A stretch of DNA of 64,000 nucleotides from positions 29,698,001 to 29,762,000 of the forward strand of contig NC_043010.1 of NCBI RefSeq assembly GCF_006345805.1, written 5' to 3'. This document shows positions 13,074 through 24,507 of this stretch, in pieces. The position numbers and the translations under genes are program-made. Position 1 is the stretch's first letter. Every line of letters begins with the position of its first letter. Below the pieces are notes generated by a model. The model worked only from the letters and a program-made list of their open reading frames with translations. It had not been told where the DNA came from and searched no databases. The stretch is from Octopus sinensis (Eukaryota).

Positions 13074-13452
13074 CTGGGTGTGATGGGTAAATTGTCGCCT
13101 TTTTATATTCTTAATTTTGCACATGCGCATTGTTGTTGATTTTGTCAGCTACACAGTATAGTAGGGTCAGTTGGGTACTGTCTGTGAAAGCTCCAATTCA
13201 AACATTTCACAGTGTTTGGGTGTTGATCTGAGGACAGTGCATGAACCGAATGATAAAAATTAAACATCCAGTCAACATCATGTTTTGGAGTGATCACTAG
13301 TGATGGCAACATAATGCCTCTATTCATCTTCCCTTTAATATTTCAAGATATTTTTAAGTAACTTTAGTAAATATATGTTAAAATAAATGAGATGACAATT
13401 TTATTTTCATTTTTGCATAATTTAGACACCAACATATTCACCACACCCTGTA
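13072..13452 (+). mobile_element. Tc1-like deletion derivative
   Basis: 5' end homologous to 11797-11930; same KHPxNIxxGVITS segment; CACCCTG|TA right terminus at 13452. Confidence 0.7.
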
Positions 13453-13479
13453 TGTATATATATATGCTCTGTGAACATT

Positions 13480-14431
13480 GTAAAGGCTGTAATATGACAC
13501 AGATAGCTGCAAAGCCATGGCCAGCAGGTGTTCTGATTGCATCCACATGCCATAATTCATCCAACACCTGCAAGACAAGGTGACAAAAAATCTGAGCAAA
13601 GCAATCCAGACTTTTGTGAGTGAGATGAGTGTTGGAGCTACCACCATGAAGTTGGCCCTGAATGAGCGCCTTCTCTACCATTTATATAAGACCAAGACCA
13701 AAGAGAACTTCTTGAAGACAAAGTAACTGCTGAACAAGCTAAGACATTCTACTGAGCTGGGGAATATCTGGTTCTTCGTAGATAAAAAGAACAGCAAGGA
13801 CCATTTGCACAACACCTAGAACAACAGATGGCTTGCATACAATCCTTATGCTATCCCAAATATGAAAATCAAGTACCCACAAACTGTGAGTCTTTGGGCA
13901 TGTCTCTAGTAAGGGTGATGTCATGCTGGCTCACATTTTTGAACAGGGCCAAAGACTCAGTTCAGATGACTGTGTGAAACTGTTTGTGACTGTAGTCAAA
14001 ACCTGGTTGGAGAAGGTTGCTTCTGAGAGGACATGTGTGGCAGCAGGATTTGGCATCTTGCCATACCTCTAGAAAGAGTTAGAAGTGACTTCACCAACCC
14101 CAATTTCCAGCTTCCTAGTTTCCTTGATTTTAATCCCATGGATTACTATGTGTAGGGCACAGCTAAAGAAGATACCAACTGCCTTGCCTGCAATACCAAG
14201 GCTAAACTGGTGGTCAAGATCAAGGGGTGTTTGAAGACATTGCAAGAAACACAGTGAGGAATAGATGTACTAGATTCTAGAGCAGTCGTAAAAGCTGAGG
14301 GTGGCTACTTAGAGTAAAATGTTATCTCCCAGTCATTATCTTGCTAATACATTTTGAGTCTTTAAAATACCATTGGATGGGATGTTTTCTTCTTCTTTTA
14401 TGCAAACTGTCAAATTGAGCCCAAGTACCCT
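13480..14431 (+). mobile_element. Tc1-like transposase pseudogene
   Basis: Frameshifted NNRWLAYNP..KYPQTV..SKGDVMLAHIFEQGQRL..WQQDLASCHTS..DFNPMDYYV motifs; right TIR-like end near 14431. Confidence 0.75.
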
Positions 14432-14819
14432 ATATATATATGTGTGAGCATGTACATGTATGATATATATATATATCATATATAAATATATGTATAGGTA
14501 TACATATAATCTATAAATATCATATATATATATATACACATATATATCATATATATATACACACACATATATCATATATATATATATATATACAGACACA
14601 CACATATATCATATATATATACACACACATATATAATTATATATGTATATATACATATATATGTATATATATATATATCATATTTCTTTTTTTGCTAGTT
14701 TACTTTGTCTTTTTGTCTTCCCTCCTGGTGCTATATGAACATTTAATGTGGTTTTAGAGTCAGGTTTTGACTGCTATTTTCTGCGTGGTGGTATCTCTTA
14801 GATACCCTAAATTATAATT

Positions 14820-15031
14820 TTAAATATATGTGACCGCGTGTGTATCGTTGGCGATTTTTTTTCCACCGTCTTCCCTTCCTTGGATCTTTCCTTTTCCTAT
14901 GTTTCTGACGAAGAGCTCTGCTTGTAACATTAAATCCTCCTTGTTTCTTTCCTTTCCTGAGTGTCCAATAACACTATACTTGTCCCACGTCCTCACGTTG
15001 TTGTGTTTTCTCTTTGGTTTCATGTTTGGAT

Positions 15032-15035
<4 letters not shown>
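14820..15035 (+). mobile_element. Penelope-like terminal repeat with hammerhead-like motif (14901-14935)
   Basis: GTTT-CTGACGA-AGAGC-TCT-GCTT-GTAACATT-AAAT; homologous reverse copy at 37850-38005. Confidence 0.55.
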
Positions 15036-15081
<46 letters not shown>

Positions 15082-15466
15082 CATATATATATACACATCA
15101 TATATGTGTGTATCATATATATATATATTGCATATATTATATATACATACATATATATATATCATATATATCACATATGTATACCTATCATATATATATA
15201 TACATATACATATATATAAATATATCATATATATATACACATATATAAATATATCATATATATATATACATGTATCATATATATATATATCACATATACA
15301 TATAAATGTATATATCATACACATATATATATATGCATATATATATACATGTATCATATATATATATCACATATACATATAAATGTATATATCATACATA
15401 TATATATATATATATACATGTATCATGTATATATCACATATACATATAAATGTATATATCATACAC

Positions 15467-15498
<32 letters not shown>

Positions 15499-15510
15499 CT
15501 GTATATATGA
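15036..15510. repeat. (TA)n/(TACA)/(TATC) compound microsatellite
   Basis: Direct reading; source of the spurious YIYI ORFs. Confidence 0.95.
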
Positions 15511-15610
15511 TATGCGACAATTATTTGGTAACCATGATAAAACTCCGAGAATTGCGACATATTATATTTATAGAATATCGAGGTCTCTTTCATTCTTTTG
15601 TTGTCTTACC

Positions 15611-15641
<31 letters not shown>

Positions 15642-15801
15642 TCATATATGTACAAAAATTCTATAATTATAATCAGGGGACAGCTAATTGCTTCACCATG
15701 CACCGAATTTAGAAATAGGAGTTAAATGCCTTTTCTACTACCAAAAAAATCCCCCAGACATTAACACGCTTTTTTTCCTGTGCCCATATATATATGTACA
15801 T

Positions 15802-15839
<38 letters not shown>

Positions 15840-16189
15840 TATATTTCAATCATATGTATATATATATATATCACACACACATATATATATATATATATCA
15901 TCAAATCCATGTTTGTATTTGAATGTCTTGTTTGATTTACATGTTTTTCAAGTTAAGTATGTTTTAAATGAAAAAATGATTGAAGTATTCTTTCACAACC
16001 AGATGCCTTTCCTGTCATTAACACTTGACTGTGTTTTAAATAAGGAATCTCTTTAATTACACATGTCTTGAAAGGCTTGAAGTAAGCAGACAATTTGTCA
16101 ACCAGAGAAATGAAAACAGCAATGTTTGTAGCTTGCAACTTTTATAGAGCACAAACATAAACAGATATACACACATATTATATAGATAG

Positions 16190-16335
16190 ATTTCTTACAG
16201 GTTCCATCTATCAAATTCAGTCACAAGGATTTGGTCAATCTTGGCTATCATAAGAGATACTTGGTGAAGTTGCCATGCACTGGGACTGAACTCAAAACCA
16301 TATGATTAAGAAGGGAACTATGTGCCTGTGCCTTC
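16190..16335 (-). mobile_element. SINE family A head, old
   Basis: CACAAGGATTTGGTC...TGGGACTGAACTC matches the family A reverse strand. Confidence 0.6.
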
Positions 16336-16359
16336 TATCAGTCTTTTCTGTATGTGTGC

Positions 16360-16392
<33 letters not shown>

Positions 16393-16702
16393 TATATAGT
16401 ATGTAGATAGGGTTGTAATTGAAGCTGTGTCCTCGTGAAGCACACCTGCATATTCCAGTATGCCAACATTGTATGTAGATATTATAATTGTGTGAGGCAT
16501 GTATAAGAGTAGAAAAATATTGGAAAATAATATTTGCAGAGTAATTACACATCAAAACAGAAACAGTAGACTGGAAAATATTTTTTTTATTATTTATTCA
16601 CCATTGCACATGTTTCATTTTCTAATAGGAGTTAAAATATTATACATGTAAGAGAAAATTATAAAATATCTCTTATTAAAAGTTCCTCAGACAGCAAATC
16701 AA

Positions 16703-17972
16703 TTATCAAGTTGAATAAAAAATAAGCAACGTTTTGAACCATGAAGAATTTGTACCAGATTTTTGCAGAATTTTGAAAATGTTTAACAAAAGAATGTTTA
16801 ACAAAATTTTTGTTAAACATTTTTTTGCAGTTGTCTGATAACACAGATATAGACTTGCCCAAATGCATCAATAAATTAACATTTATATTTTTTTCACCAT
16901 TGTTACAATCATCTAGAATGGAACTGTGAAAGCGCAATATTTGAGCAGTTTTGCTATTCAACTCCAAAAAAGGATGTAAAGCAGCTGAAACTGTTCGTGA
17001 TATCAATGAAACCTATGGTAAGGAAATGACCAGTGAGAGGTCAGCTTGAAAATGGTTTAAACGATTTTGCAGATTGTGAGCATGGTGGCTGCCCATCTGT
17101 CATCAACGACAGTCAATTAAAGACTGTTATTGAGAAAGATCCAAATAAAACCACTTGAGAACTGGCAAAAGAACTTCAAGTTAACCAGAAAACTGCCTGC
17201 AACCATTTGCATGCAATCAGAAAATCAAAAAAGCTTCACAAATTTGAATGAAAATCAGAAAATGCTCATTGCTTCTTCTCCGCAACCAGACCAATCCATT
17301 TCTTGACCATATTGTAACTTGCAATGAAAAGTGGATTCTGTACAACAATAAAAAACGTTTTTTGCAGTGGTTGGACTAAAATGAAGCACCGAAACCTTCC
17401 CTAAACCCAAGCTCTTCAAAAAAAAAGGTTATGGTGACTGTTTGGTGGTGTACTTTTGGAATCATCCATTATAACTTTTTAAAATCTGGAAAAACCATTA
17501 CTGCAGAAACATATTGTCATGAAATTGCCAAAATGGACGAAAAACTGCTACTCCTCTGTCCCAGACTGGTCAACAGAAGAGGGCCAATCATTCTTCATAA
17601 CAATGCTTGACCACATGTTTCACTAATGATGCTCCTAAAGTTGAAGGAACTTGACTATGAATTTCTTCCCCACCCAACTTATTCCCCAGACCTTTCTCCT
17701 ACCGACTACCACTTTTTCAAGCACCTTGATGGTTTCCTGAGAGAGAAAGAGTTCATAAATCAAACCGATGCTGAAAGTGTGTTCAAAGAGTTTATCAGCT
17801 CCAGAATTCCAGATTTTTATGTTACCAGAATAAACAAACTTGTAACTCATTGGCACAAATGTGTTGGTTGTAATGGTACTTACTTTGATGAATAAAATTT
17901 CCGCATTGTTGAAATATATTGTGATGAATTTCATGTTTCAAAACGTTGCTTACTTTTCACTCAGCATGATAA
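16703..17972 (+). mobile_element. mariner (DD34D-type) transposon, full length, transposase pseudogene 16918-17895
   Basis: ~45 bp imperfect TIRs (TTATCAAGTTGAATAAAAAATAAGCAACGTTTTGAA / reverse complement at 17937-17972); GCKAAETVRDIN, TCNEKWILYNN, HNNA*PH and YSPDLSPTDYHFF motifs with stops and frameshifts. Confidence 0.92.
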
Positions 17973-18311
17973 TACTCTCTGATTTTCTGTCTGAAGACTT
18001 TCTAACAGAAGATATCTTACATGTTTCTCTGTCAAATACAATTTTGTAACCCCTATTAGCAAATGAAACATGTGTAATGGTGAATAAATAATACCAAAAA
18101 TTTTTTCTCCTGTTTTGATTGTTATATTATATACAAGATATACTATATTATCATTAATTGATGGATGCAAAGAAATAAGAAACTTGAAGTAGTCAACTCC
18201 AAAATATAGTTGGGCTAGGTAGAGTGGGGAAGTAAATGTCAATAAGAACTAACTCAGTCTTGCCAAACAGATGCCAGGACCAAAAAGTGATGATGATGAT
18301 GATCATGATAA

Positions 18312-18346
<35 letters not shown>

Positions 18347-18374
18347 TATATATATAAACGCGTGTGTGTGTGTT

Positions 18375-18715
18375 TATATCATAATATGGTGTAAAAGAAA
18401 GAAAATGGTAAATCTAGTTGAGTTCCTCATGAAGATAACATGGATGCCACTTGAGCTCAAAAGATTGGCTGTTATGAAAACCTCCTCAAGGAATGTGAAG
18501 ACACAGGCTGGAAAGCAGAGCATTTTTCAATCAAAGTTGGATGTAGAGGGTTTGTTGGACACAGTGTGAAGCAACTATTGCTATCATTGACCTAATTCAT
18601 TGTAAAGCAAATACCACTATGAGTAATATCCAAACTACAGTGGAAAAGGCAAACCGCGGGATTTGGTTAAAAAGCAACAATGAGCAATGGCTAGATGAAT
18701 ATTGAGTGAAACCTG
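18375..18715 (+). mobile_element. HERO-like non-LTR retrotransposon 3' fragment (RLE domain)
   Basis: Frameshifted IIIWCKRKKMVNLVE..PHEDNMDA..YENLLKECEDTGWKAEHFSIKVGCRGFVGHS..VEKANRGIWLK. Confidence 0.75.
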
Positions 18716-19079
18716 AAGCTTGATCTAGCAAGCAGGGTCTCATTTCAGTGAGGGGTGTCCAATGATGCTGTCAAGAGATAGGTCCCGAAATGGCAGGCAT
18801 TCTCTCCTAATGGCCTCATAAACTTGCTCGCATCTGGTATGCAGAGCTTTCAACAGGTAACATTTGCATCTGCAGGTTGTTCGCAAAAAAAATATTAAAA
18901 AATATATATTTATGATCCACATTATCATCACTTTTCTATGCTGGCATTTGTTGGGCAGAACTGAGCCAGTACCTCCACCTCCACTCCCAACCGGGTTGCA
19001 GGACTACATTTTGTTCATACTTTCTGTTTGCAACATAAGTTTCTGTGTCTGGATTTAACACCAACCACCTTACAAAAAA

Positions 19080-19267
19080 TGTATTTGTCCCTATCACAAA
19101 TTAACAATTGGTGTTCTTTTGTTTATGTCCTTGCAACTTCACGGTTTAGCAAAAGACACTGATAAATATCAAACTTAAAAATATGTAGTGGGCGCAATTA
19201 GTTTGACTAAACCTTTCAAGGTGGTGCCCCATCATGGCCACAGTTCAATAACTGAAACAAGTAAAAG
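19080..19267 (+). mobile_element. SINE family A tail half
   Basis: GGTGGTGCCCCATCATGGCCACAGTTCAATAACTGAAACAAGTAAAAG. Confidence 0.65.
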
Positions 19268-19798
19268 TGGTAATGTATGAATGTGTATATATAAGAACTA
19301 CACACACAAACCTATCTGTAGATAGAATGACAAAGAGAGGAGAGACACAGGCAGTAATAGAGAAGCTAGTTATATTAGCCAGCAATTGTTTAGACTTTTT
19401 GAGAAAATCTAAAATATATAAGTTTAGTTGTATGTCTGTATCCTACAATGTATATTATTCTCAGACTTGCACATTATTTGAAATACAAAAAGGTCACAAA
19501 TTTCCAGAACTTTCACATATATTGCTCAGCTGAAACTTGGCTGAGTGACCCAAGTGTCTTATGTTCAGTAATCTTCCATCTATTAGACAAGACAAACCTG
19601 TAAGCACTGAGGTGCGACTGGCTGCACACCTTTATTTATGATACTGAGAATGATGGATTTTGGTTCAAATAAGAATGCAATTATTTTGTTTCACATTGTT
19701 ACAGTAGTTTGTTTCAATATTAAGAGTAATGTAATTCAATTTAAAAGATTTCTGATATCACTGTTAAAAACCAGTGTTCAATTCTTGTTTCATCTTAA

Positions 19799-19983
19799 CT
19801 CTTTAGCATTCAGATTGTTTTGAATTAATCATGCATTTCCTGTAGCCTTGAGATTTCATTGATGTGATTGCTTATTTTTAGATTGACTTTCTAGGATAGG
19901 TGCATGAAGCCAGACCTGACCAGTTTGGACATAAAACAGGTAGAATATTTAGGCCAGCTATGGCCGGTTTAAATGCTAAAGGG
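19799..19983. mobile_element. piggyBac-like MITE
   Basis: TTAA|CTCTTTAGCATT ... AATGCTAAAGGG termini; the right TTAA is degenerate. Confidence 0.55.
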
Positions 19984-20754
19984 AGAAACATGAATTAAAA
20001 TCTTCCTCACTACATGGAGAGGAAGCCACTCTGTCATGTGTTAACATCATCAGATGATCTAGTTCCTATTCCCAATGTTTCAATGATGTGAAGTGTCATC
20101 ATGTAGTCATCATCATTTAACATCCATGTTTCATGCTGGCATGGGTTGGACAGTTTGACAATGAAGAATTACTTGTTATGTCCAAATATACAATGAAACA
20201 TCAATGTTTCATCGCATATATATGTGCAGATAAAAAAAATCATAGTGACTGCCTGCAAGCGAGTATGACTTAGTAATGTATACCATGCTTTCACTCATTA
20301 TTTTAAGTATCTATATAGTTGCAAGCAGATAGACACTCTACTGACCTTCTCACCTTTATCTCATAATTTTGTTGATCCAAACACCTGATTAATAATTAAA
20401 GAAAGTAGTTATTTTACTAAGACTGTTCAAATTGATTATGTGTATTTCATTGGGAACATGACTATAAAAGAATTTAGCATCAAATTTGATTTCAACTTAC
20501 ATTTTCCACAGCTATTCTAACAACAGTGTAATAATACTTCTGTAACCTCTCAGAGGAAACATGACTCCTCCTTCACTCCTCTCCACCATTCATTTATGGT
20601 TTGAGAATAATTCTATAATTGTTGTAAACTGGAATGGAACTTACTCTCTTTCTGCTCACATCCATTCTCCATTTAATGCTACTTGGTTTGCATCTTTTAG
20701 AGAGATAGATTAGATATAATAAACTCAAAGAGCAACTAGAAAGTGAAAGTAGAA

Positions 20755-21180
20755 TCTAACTTAGGATGTCTCATAGATAGTGGTGGCAATGGTGTTGGAG
20801 GTGGTAGATGTGGTTATCATGGCAGTGGTGGTGGTGGTGGTGGTGTAGTGGTGACAGTGGATGTGCATGATGGCAGCAATGATATTGTTGGTGTTTTTGT
20901 AGAGGTGGTGGCAGTGGATGATGTTGATGATGATGGTAGTAGTAGCATTGATAATGTTAGGATGTCTCATGGATGGTAGTGATGGAGACATTGCAGAGTG
21001 TAGTGGTGGTGAAATTGGTGATTTTGAATATGATGCTGGTATTGGTCTTGGGGTTATGGTTGCAGAAGATGGTTGTGGTGGTGGCATTGGAGGTTGTAGT
21101 AATGGTTGTAGTGGTGGTTGTGAAGATGATTCTGATATTGATAGTCTTGGCATTGTGGTGGTGGCAGAGTCAGAGTAAAT
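20755..21180 (-). repeat. (ACC/ATC)-rich low-complexity tract with a diverged ~197 bp tandem pair; 130-codon Pro/Ser/Thr-rich ORF
   Basis: TTAGGATGTCTCAT at 20760 and 20957; ORF 20761-21153 has no recognisable domain. Confidence 0.55.
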
Positions 21181-21555
21181 AATAAGAGCCCAGTTAACAC
21201 AAGATTCTTAAATTTCAGAGATCATAAGATAGAGAGCAAGAAGTTAAAAGTTCCAATACTGGCCCAATTCCTACACCCCAGATTCTTCAACTATTTTAGA
21301 AGAAAGGGGTTAATGGCAGGATAGAGATTCAGCTTAAAAATAAATTGTATAACAAAAAATACATAAATAAATTACTGTTCCAACGATGTAATTGTAGTAT
21401 GTGTGTATATGTTTGCATGTGCAATTATATAAACATATATACATGTATGTATGTATGTGTGTGTGTGTGTATGTATGTATGGATCAGTCAATCTTCAGCC
21501 ATAAGTGTGTATATATATATACATACTTATATATTCATACATATACATGTAGATG

Positions 21556-21586
<31 letters not shown>

Positions 21587-21941
21587 AATATATATATATC
21601 GTATGTAAACATCTTTTATATATATATAATGTATGCATCTATAATACACACATTATAAATATATACACATATATGCATATGCATTAGAATATGTGTGTAT
21701 AGGTGTATATATATATATGCATATATCAATATATGTGTTTGTGTGTATGTGTAAATAGGTAAATAAGACTATCATGACTTTGACATTTGTGCTGAGGTGA
21801 TCATTCTTAAAACAGATATGATAGAAGTGAAAGTTTCTCCCTCCAGCCCTGACCATGTGAAGAATGCTCTACAATCATGAAACTTAGAGTCAAGTAAAAA
21901 TAGTGTTATGATGTATCTACTACATTATAAATAAATTACAA

Positions 21942-22115
21942 TTATTGAGAAGTGTTTGAATTTGGGTTTTCCCTTGCAAAAGATGAATGGTGCTGCTGCT
22001 GCTGTTGTGGTTGCTGCTGGTGATTTTGTTGCTGCAGTTGGTGGTGGTGTTGGTTGTGGTGATGAGCAAGATTATGGTGATGATGATGATGAGATTGTTG
22101 CCATGACAATGGCAA
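21942..22115 (-). pseudogene. Decayed duplicate of the ZF1 His/Gln-tract coding segment
   Basis: QQSHHHHHHNLAHHHNQHHHQ...PQQQQQHHSSFARENPNSNTSQ* versus QQSHHHHHHHHHHRNHGHHHNQHHH...PQQQQQQHHSSSARENPNSNTSH at 22944-23178. Confidence 0.85.
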
Positions 22116-22279
22116 TACACAATGTATTGAGTGCTCATATTCATTTTTTTTTTGTTGTAGAAAAATTTGCACTATCATCAAAGTTTTTTTATCTGCTTTC
22201 CAGACTGGTTTGGGTCAAATAGGTTGTTGCTGCTTTCGTAGATGAGTTGAGAGATTACATCTCACTCCCAAGTTACATA

Positions 22280-22316
<37 letters not shown>

Positions 22317-22477
22317 AAATTTTTGCACATATTGTAGATGGTTGAGAGTCTTCCTTGTTGTTAAAGTTAAAATGACCTGATTTGATCATCTATTATTTTT
22401 TTTTTAATAAACATTTTAAATAGCGTCACCCTGTGTAATTAATCATTTCAAACTCACCATTAAATTCCTGAATAAAT

Positions 22478-24502
22478 TTAGATGACACCAGCCTGCTGGC
22501 TGTTTTGTGACCGATTGTTCTGCTGTTTGCTCTGCCTCACCCCGCATGACAGATTTGATGAGGAGTTTGCCCAGCTCGAGCTCCACCTTGGCGGGACTTG
22601 GAAGCCGCGAGACCAACCATAATTGGATTCCCACGATTCCCAGGTCGAAGACATCCAGGACGAAGACAATGCAAGGGGCTGCAAACGAAGTGCAGCTGAG
22701 CGGGAGTGAGCATGAGATGATGGGCTTGGTGTTGGTGGCGGTGTGGCTGGAACGGATGACATAGAGTTGTGTGAAGTTAATGATGCATTCATAGTTGGTG
22801 TGGAGGAGATGCTTGAGGAGTAAACTGGTACAGTTACTGTAGCAGCTCCAGCAGCAGTAGCAGCAGTGGCAACAGAAGTAGAACTAGACACTACATTAGC
22901 TGCAGTTGACAATGTTGTACTTACACTTGTTGACGAATTAGAATTATGAGAGGTGTTTGAATTCGGGTTTTCCCTAGCAGAAGATGAATGGTGCTGCTGC
23001 TGCTGCTGTTGTGGCTGCTGCTGTTGCTGCTGCTGCTGGTGATGTTGCTGCTGTTGTTGCTGCTGTTGTTGATGCTGTTGGTGATGGTGGTGGTGTTGGT
23101 TGTGGTGATGACCATGATTACGGTGATGGTGGTGGTGGTGATGATGGTGATGCGACTGTTGCCGTGACGATGACATGCTTGTTGTAGATGTGTCCTTTGG
23201 CAGCTGCTCAGGTGGCATTGCTCGACTGACTTCTTCACGAGTGTGAGAGCGCATGTGTTTTTGCATGTTTACCCGTTGAGTAAACCCTTTACTGCATACA
23301 GCACAGCTGAATGGTTTGTCAGCTGTGTGTGTATACTCATGCTTTTTTAGGTTTGCTCTCTGGCTGAATCCACGCTGACATGTGTCACACTTGAACGGCT
23401 TCTCTCCAGAATGAACGAGAAGGTGAATGGTTAAGTTGGCTCGCTGAGTGAAACCCTTTTTGCACACCTCACAGTAAAACAATTTACATTTTGTGTGCGT
23501 GCATGCATGATTGATTAAATGCACTCTCTGCGTGAATTCTTTACTGCAGATATCACATTGGAATCTTTTCAAACCCATGTGCATACATTCATGCTTTTTC
23601 AGGTTTGCACTCTGTGCAAAGGCTTTGTCACATATGGAACACTTGAATGGTTTTTCTCCACAGTGAATTCTTTCATGGTTCTGGAGATGAATCTTTTGAC
23701 TAAACGTTTTGGAGCACACAAAGCAAGAATATGGCTTCTGACCACTATGGACACACTCGTGATTAGTTAAATGCACACGCTGGCTGAATGCTTTCGAACA
23801 AATGCTGCACTGGTAAGGTTTCACTCCACTGTGAATGCGTTCATGGATGATAAGATGGGCTTGCTGGCTGAATGCTTTGCAACAAACAACACAGACATAT
23901 GGTTTTATTCCACTGTGAATCCGTTCATGACAGATGAGGTGTGCCCTCTGGCTGAATGCCTTTCGACAAACATAACACGCATAAGGTTTTATGCCTGTAT
24001 GAATACGTTCATGGTTTTGCAAATGTGCTCTTTGATTAAATGACTTTGAACATATTGCACAAGAGAATGGACGTTCACCAGTGTGAACACGTTCATGGCT
24101 CAGCAGGTGAGCTCGTTGGCTGAACACTTTGCCACAGAAACCACAAGCCAAGTTTTTGAAACTCTCTGTGGCATGGTCCCGTTCATGGTTTCTCAAGTTT
24201 GCTCGTCGTGAGAATGCTTTACGACAGATTTCACACTTAAAGGCTTTGGTGCTTTCTCCAAATCGATGCAGAAATGATTTTCGGTGGTGCGATATCCCAT
24301 AATATGAACTCGAGGTACCAGATGTACTAGCTATACCAGATGTACTAGGTGTGTCAGAAGTACTAACTGTGCCAGAAGTACTAGAGGTTGTGCCAGATGA
24401 TGTAGTTTTCCAGTTGTCTTCTGGTAAAATTGTCCGACTATAATTGTCAGTTGAGGACATTTGTTTACCAACAGAATATGAAGACGCTGGTTCCTGGTAC
24501 AT
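22478..24502 (-). CDS. C2H2 zinc-finger protein ZF1 (674 aa; 12 tandem fingers, polyHis/polyGln, Ser/Thr-rich tail), single coding exon
   Basis: Twelve C-x2-C-x12-H-x3-H units with TGERP/SGEKP-like linkers; uninterrupted ORF; acceptor TGTTATATCAG ending at 24610. Confidence 0.95.
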   Translation of the reverse strand: MYQEPASSYSVGKQMSSTDNYSRTILPEDNWKTTSSGTTSSTSGTVSTSDTPSTSGIASTSGTSSSYYGISHHRKSFLHRFGESTKAFKCEICRKAFSRRANLRNHERDHATESFKNLACGFCGKVFSQRAHLLSHERVHTGERPFSCAICSKSFNQRAHLQNHERIHTGIKPYACYVCRKAFSQRAHLICHERIHSGIKPYVCVVCCKAFSQQAHLIIHERIHSGVKPYQCSICSKAFSQRVHLTNHECVHSGQKPYSCFVCSKTFSQKIHLQNHERIHCGEKPFKCSICDKAFAQSANLKKHECMHMGLKRFQCDICSKEFTQRVHLINHACTHTKCKLFYCEVCKKGFTQRANLTIHLLVHSGEKPFKCDTCQRGFSQRANLKKHEYTHTADKPFSCAVCSKGFTQRVNMQKHMRSHTREEVSRAMPPEQLPKDTSTTSMSSSRQQSHHHHHHHHHHRNHGHHHNQHHHHHQQHQQQQQQQQQHHQQQQQQQQPQQQQQQHHSSSARENPNSNTSHNSNSSTSVSTTLSTAANVVSSSTSVATAATAAGAATVTVPVYSSSISSTPTMNASLTSHNSMSSVPATPPPTPSPSSHAHSRSAALRLQPLALSSSWMSSTWESWESNYGWSRGFQVPPRWSSSWANSSSNLSCGVRQSKQQNNRSQNSQQAGVI

Positions 24503-24507
24503 GATAA

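Noticed and set aside
14336-15712. Many 60-140 aa Tyr/Ile/His-rich ORFs (also at 28.9-32.2, 40.4-41.1 and 50.6-51.2 kb)
   Set aside because: Translations of (TA)n/(CA)n microsatellites that lack stop codons.
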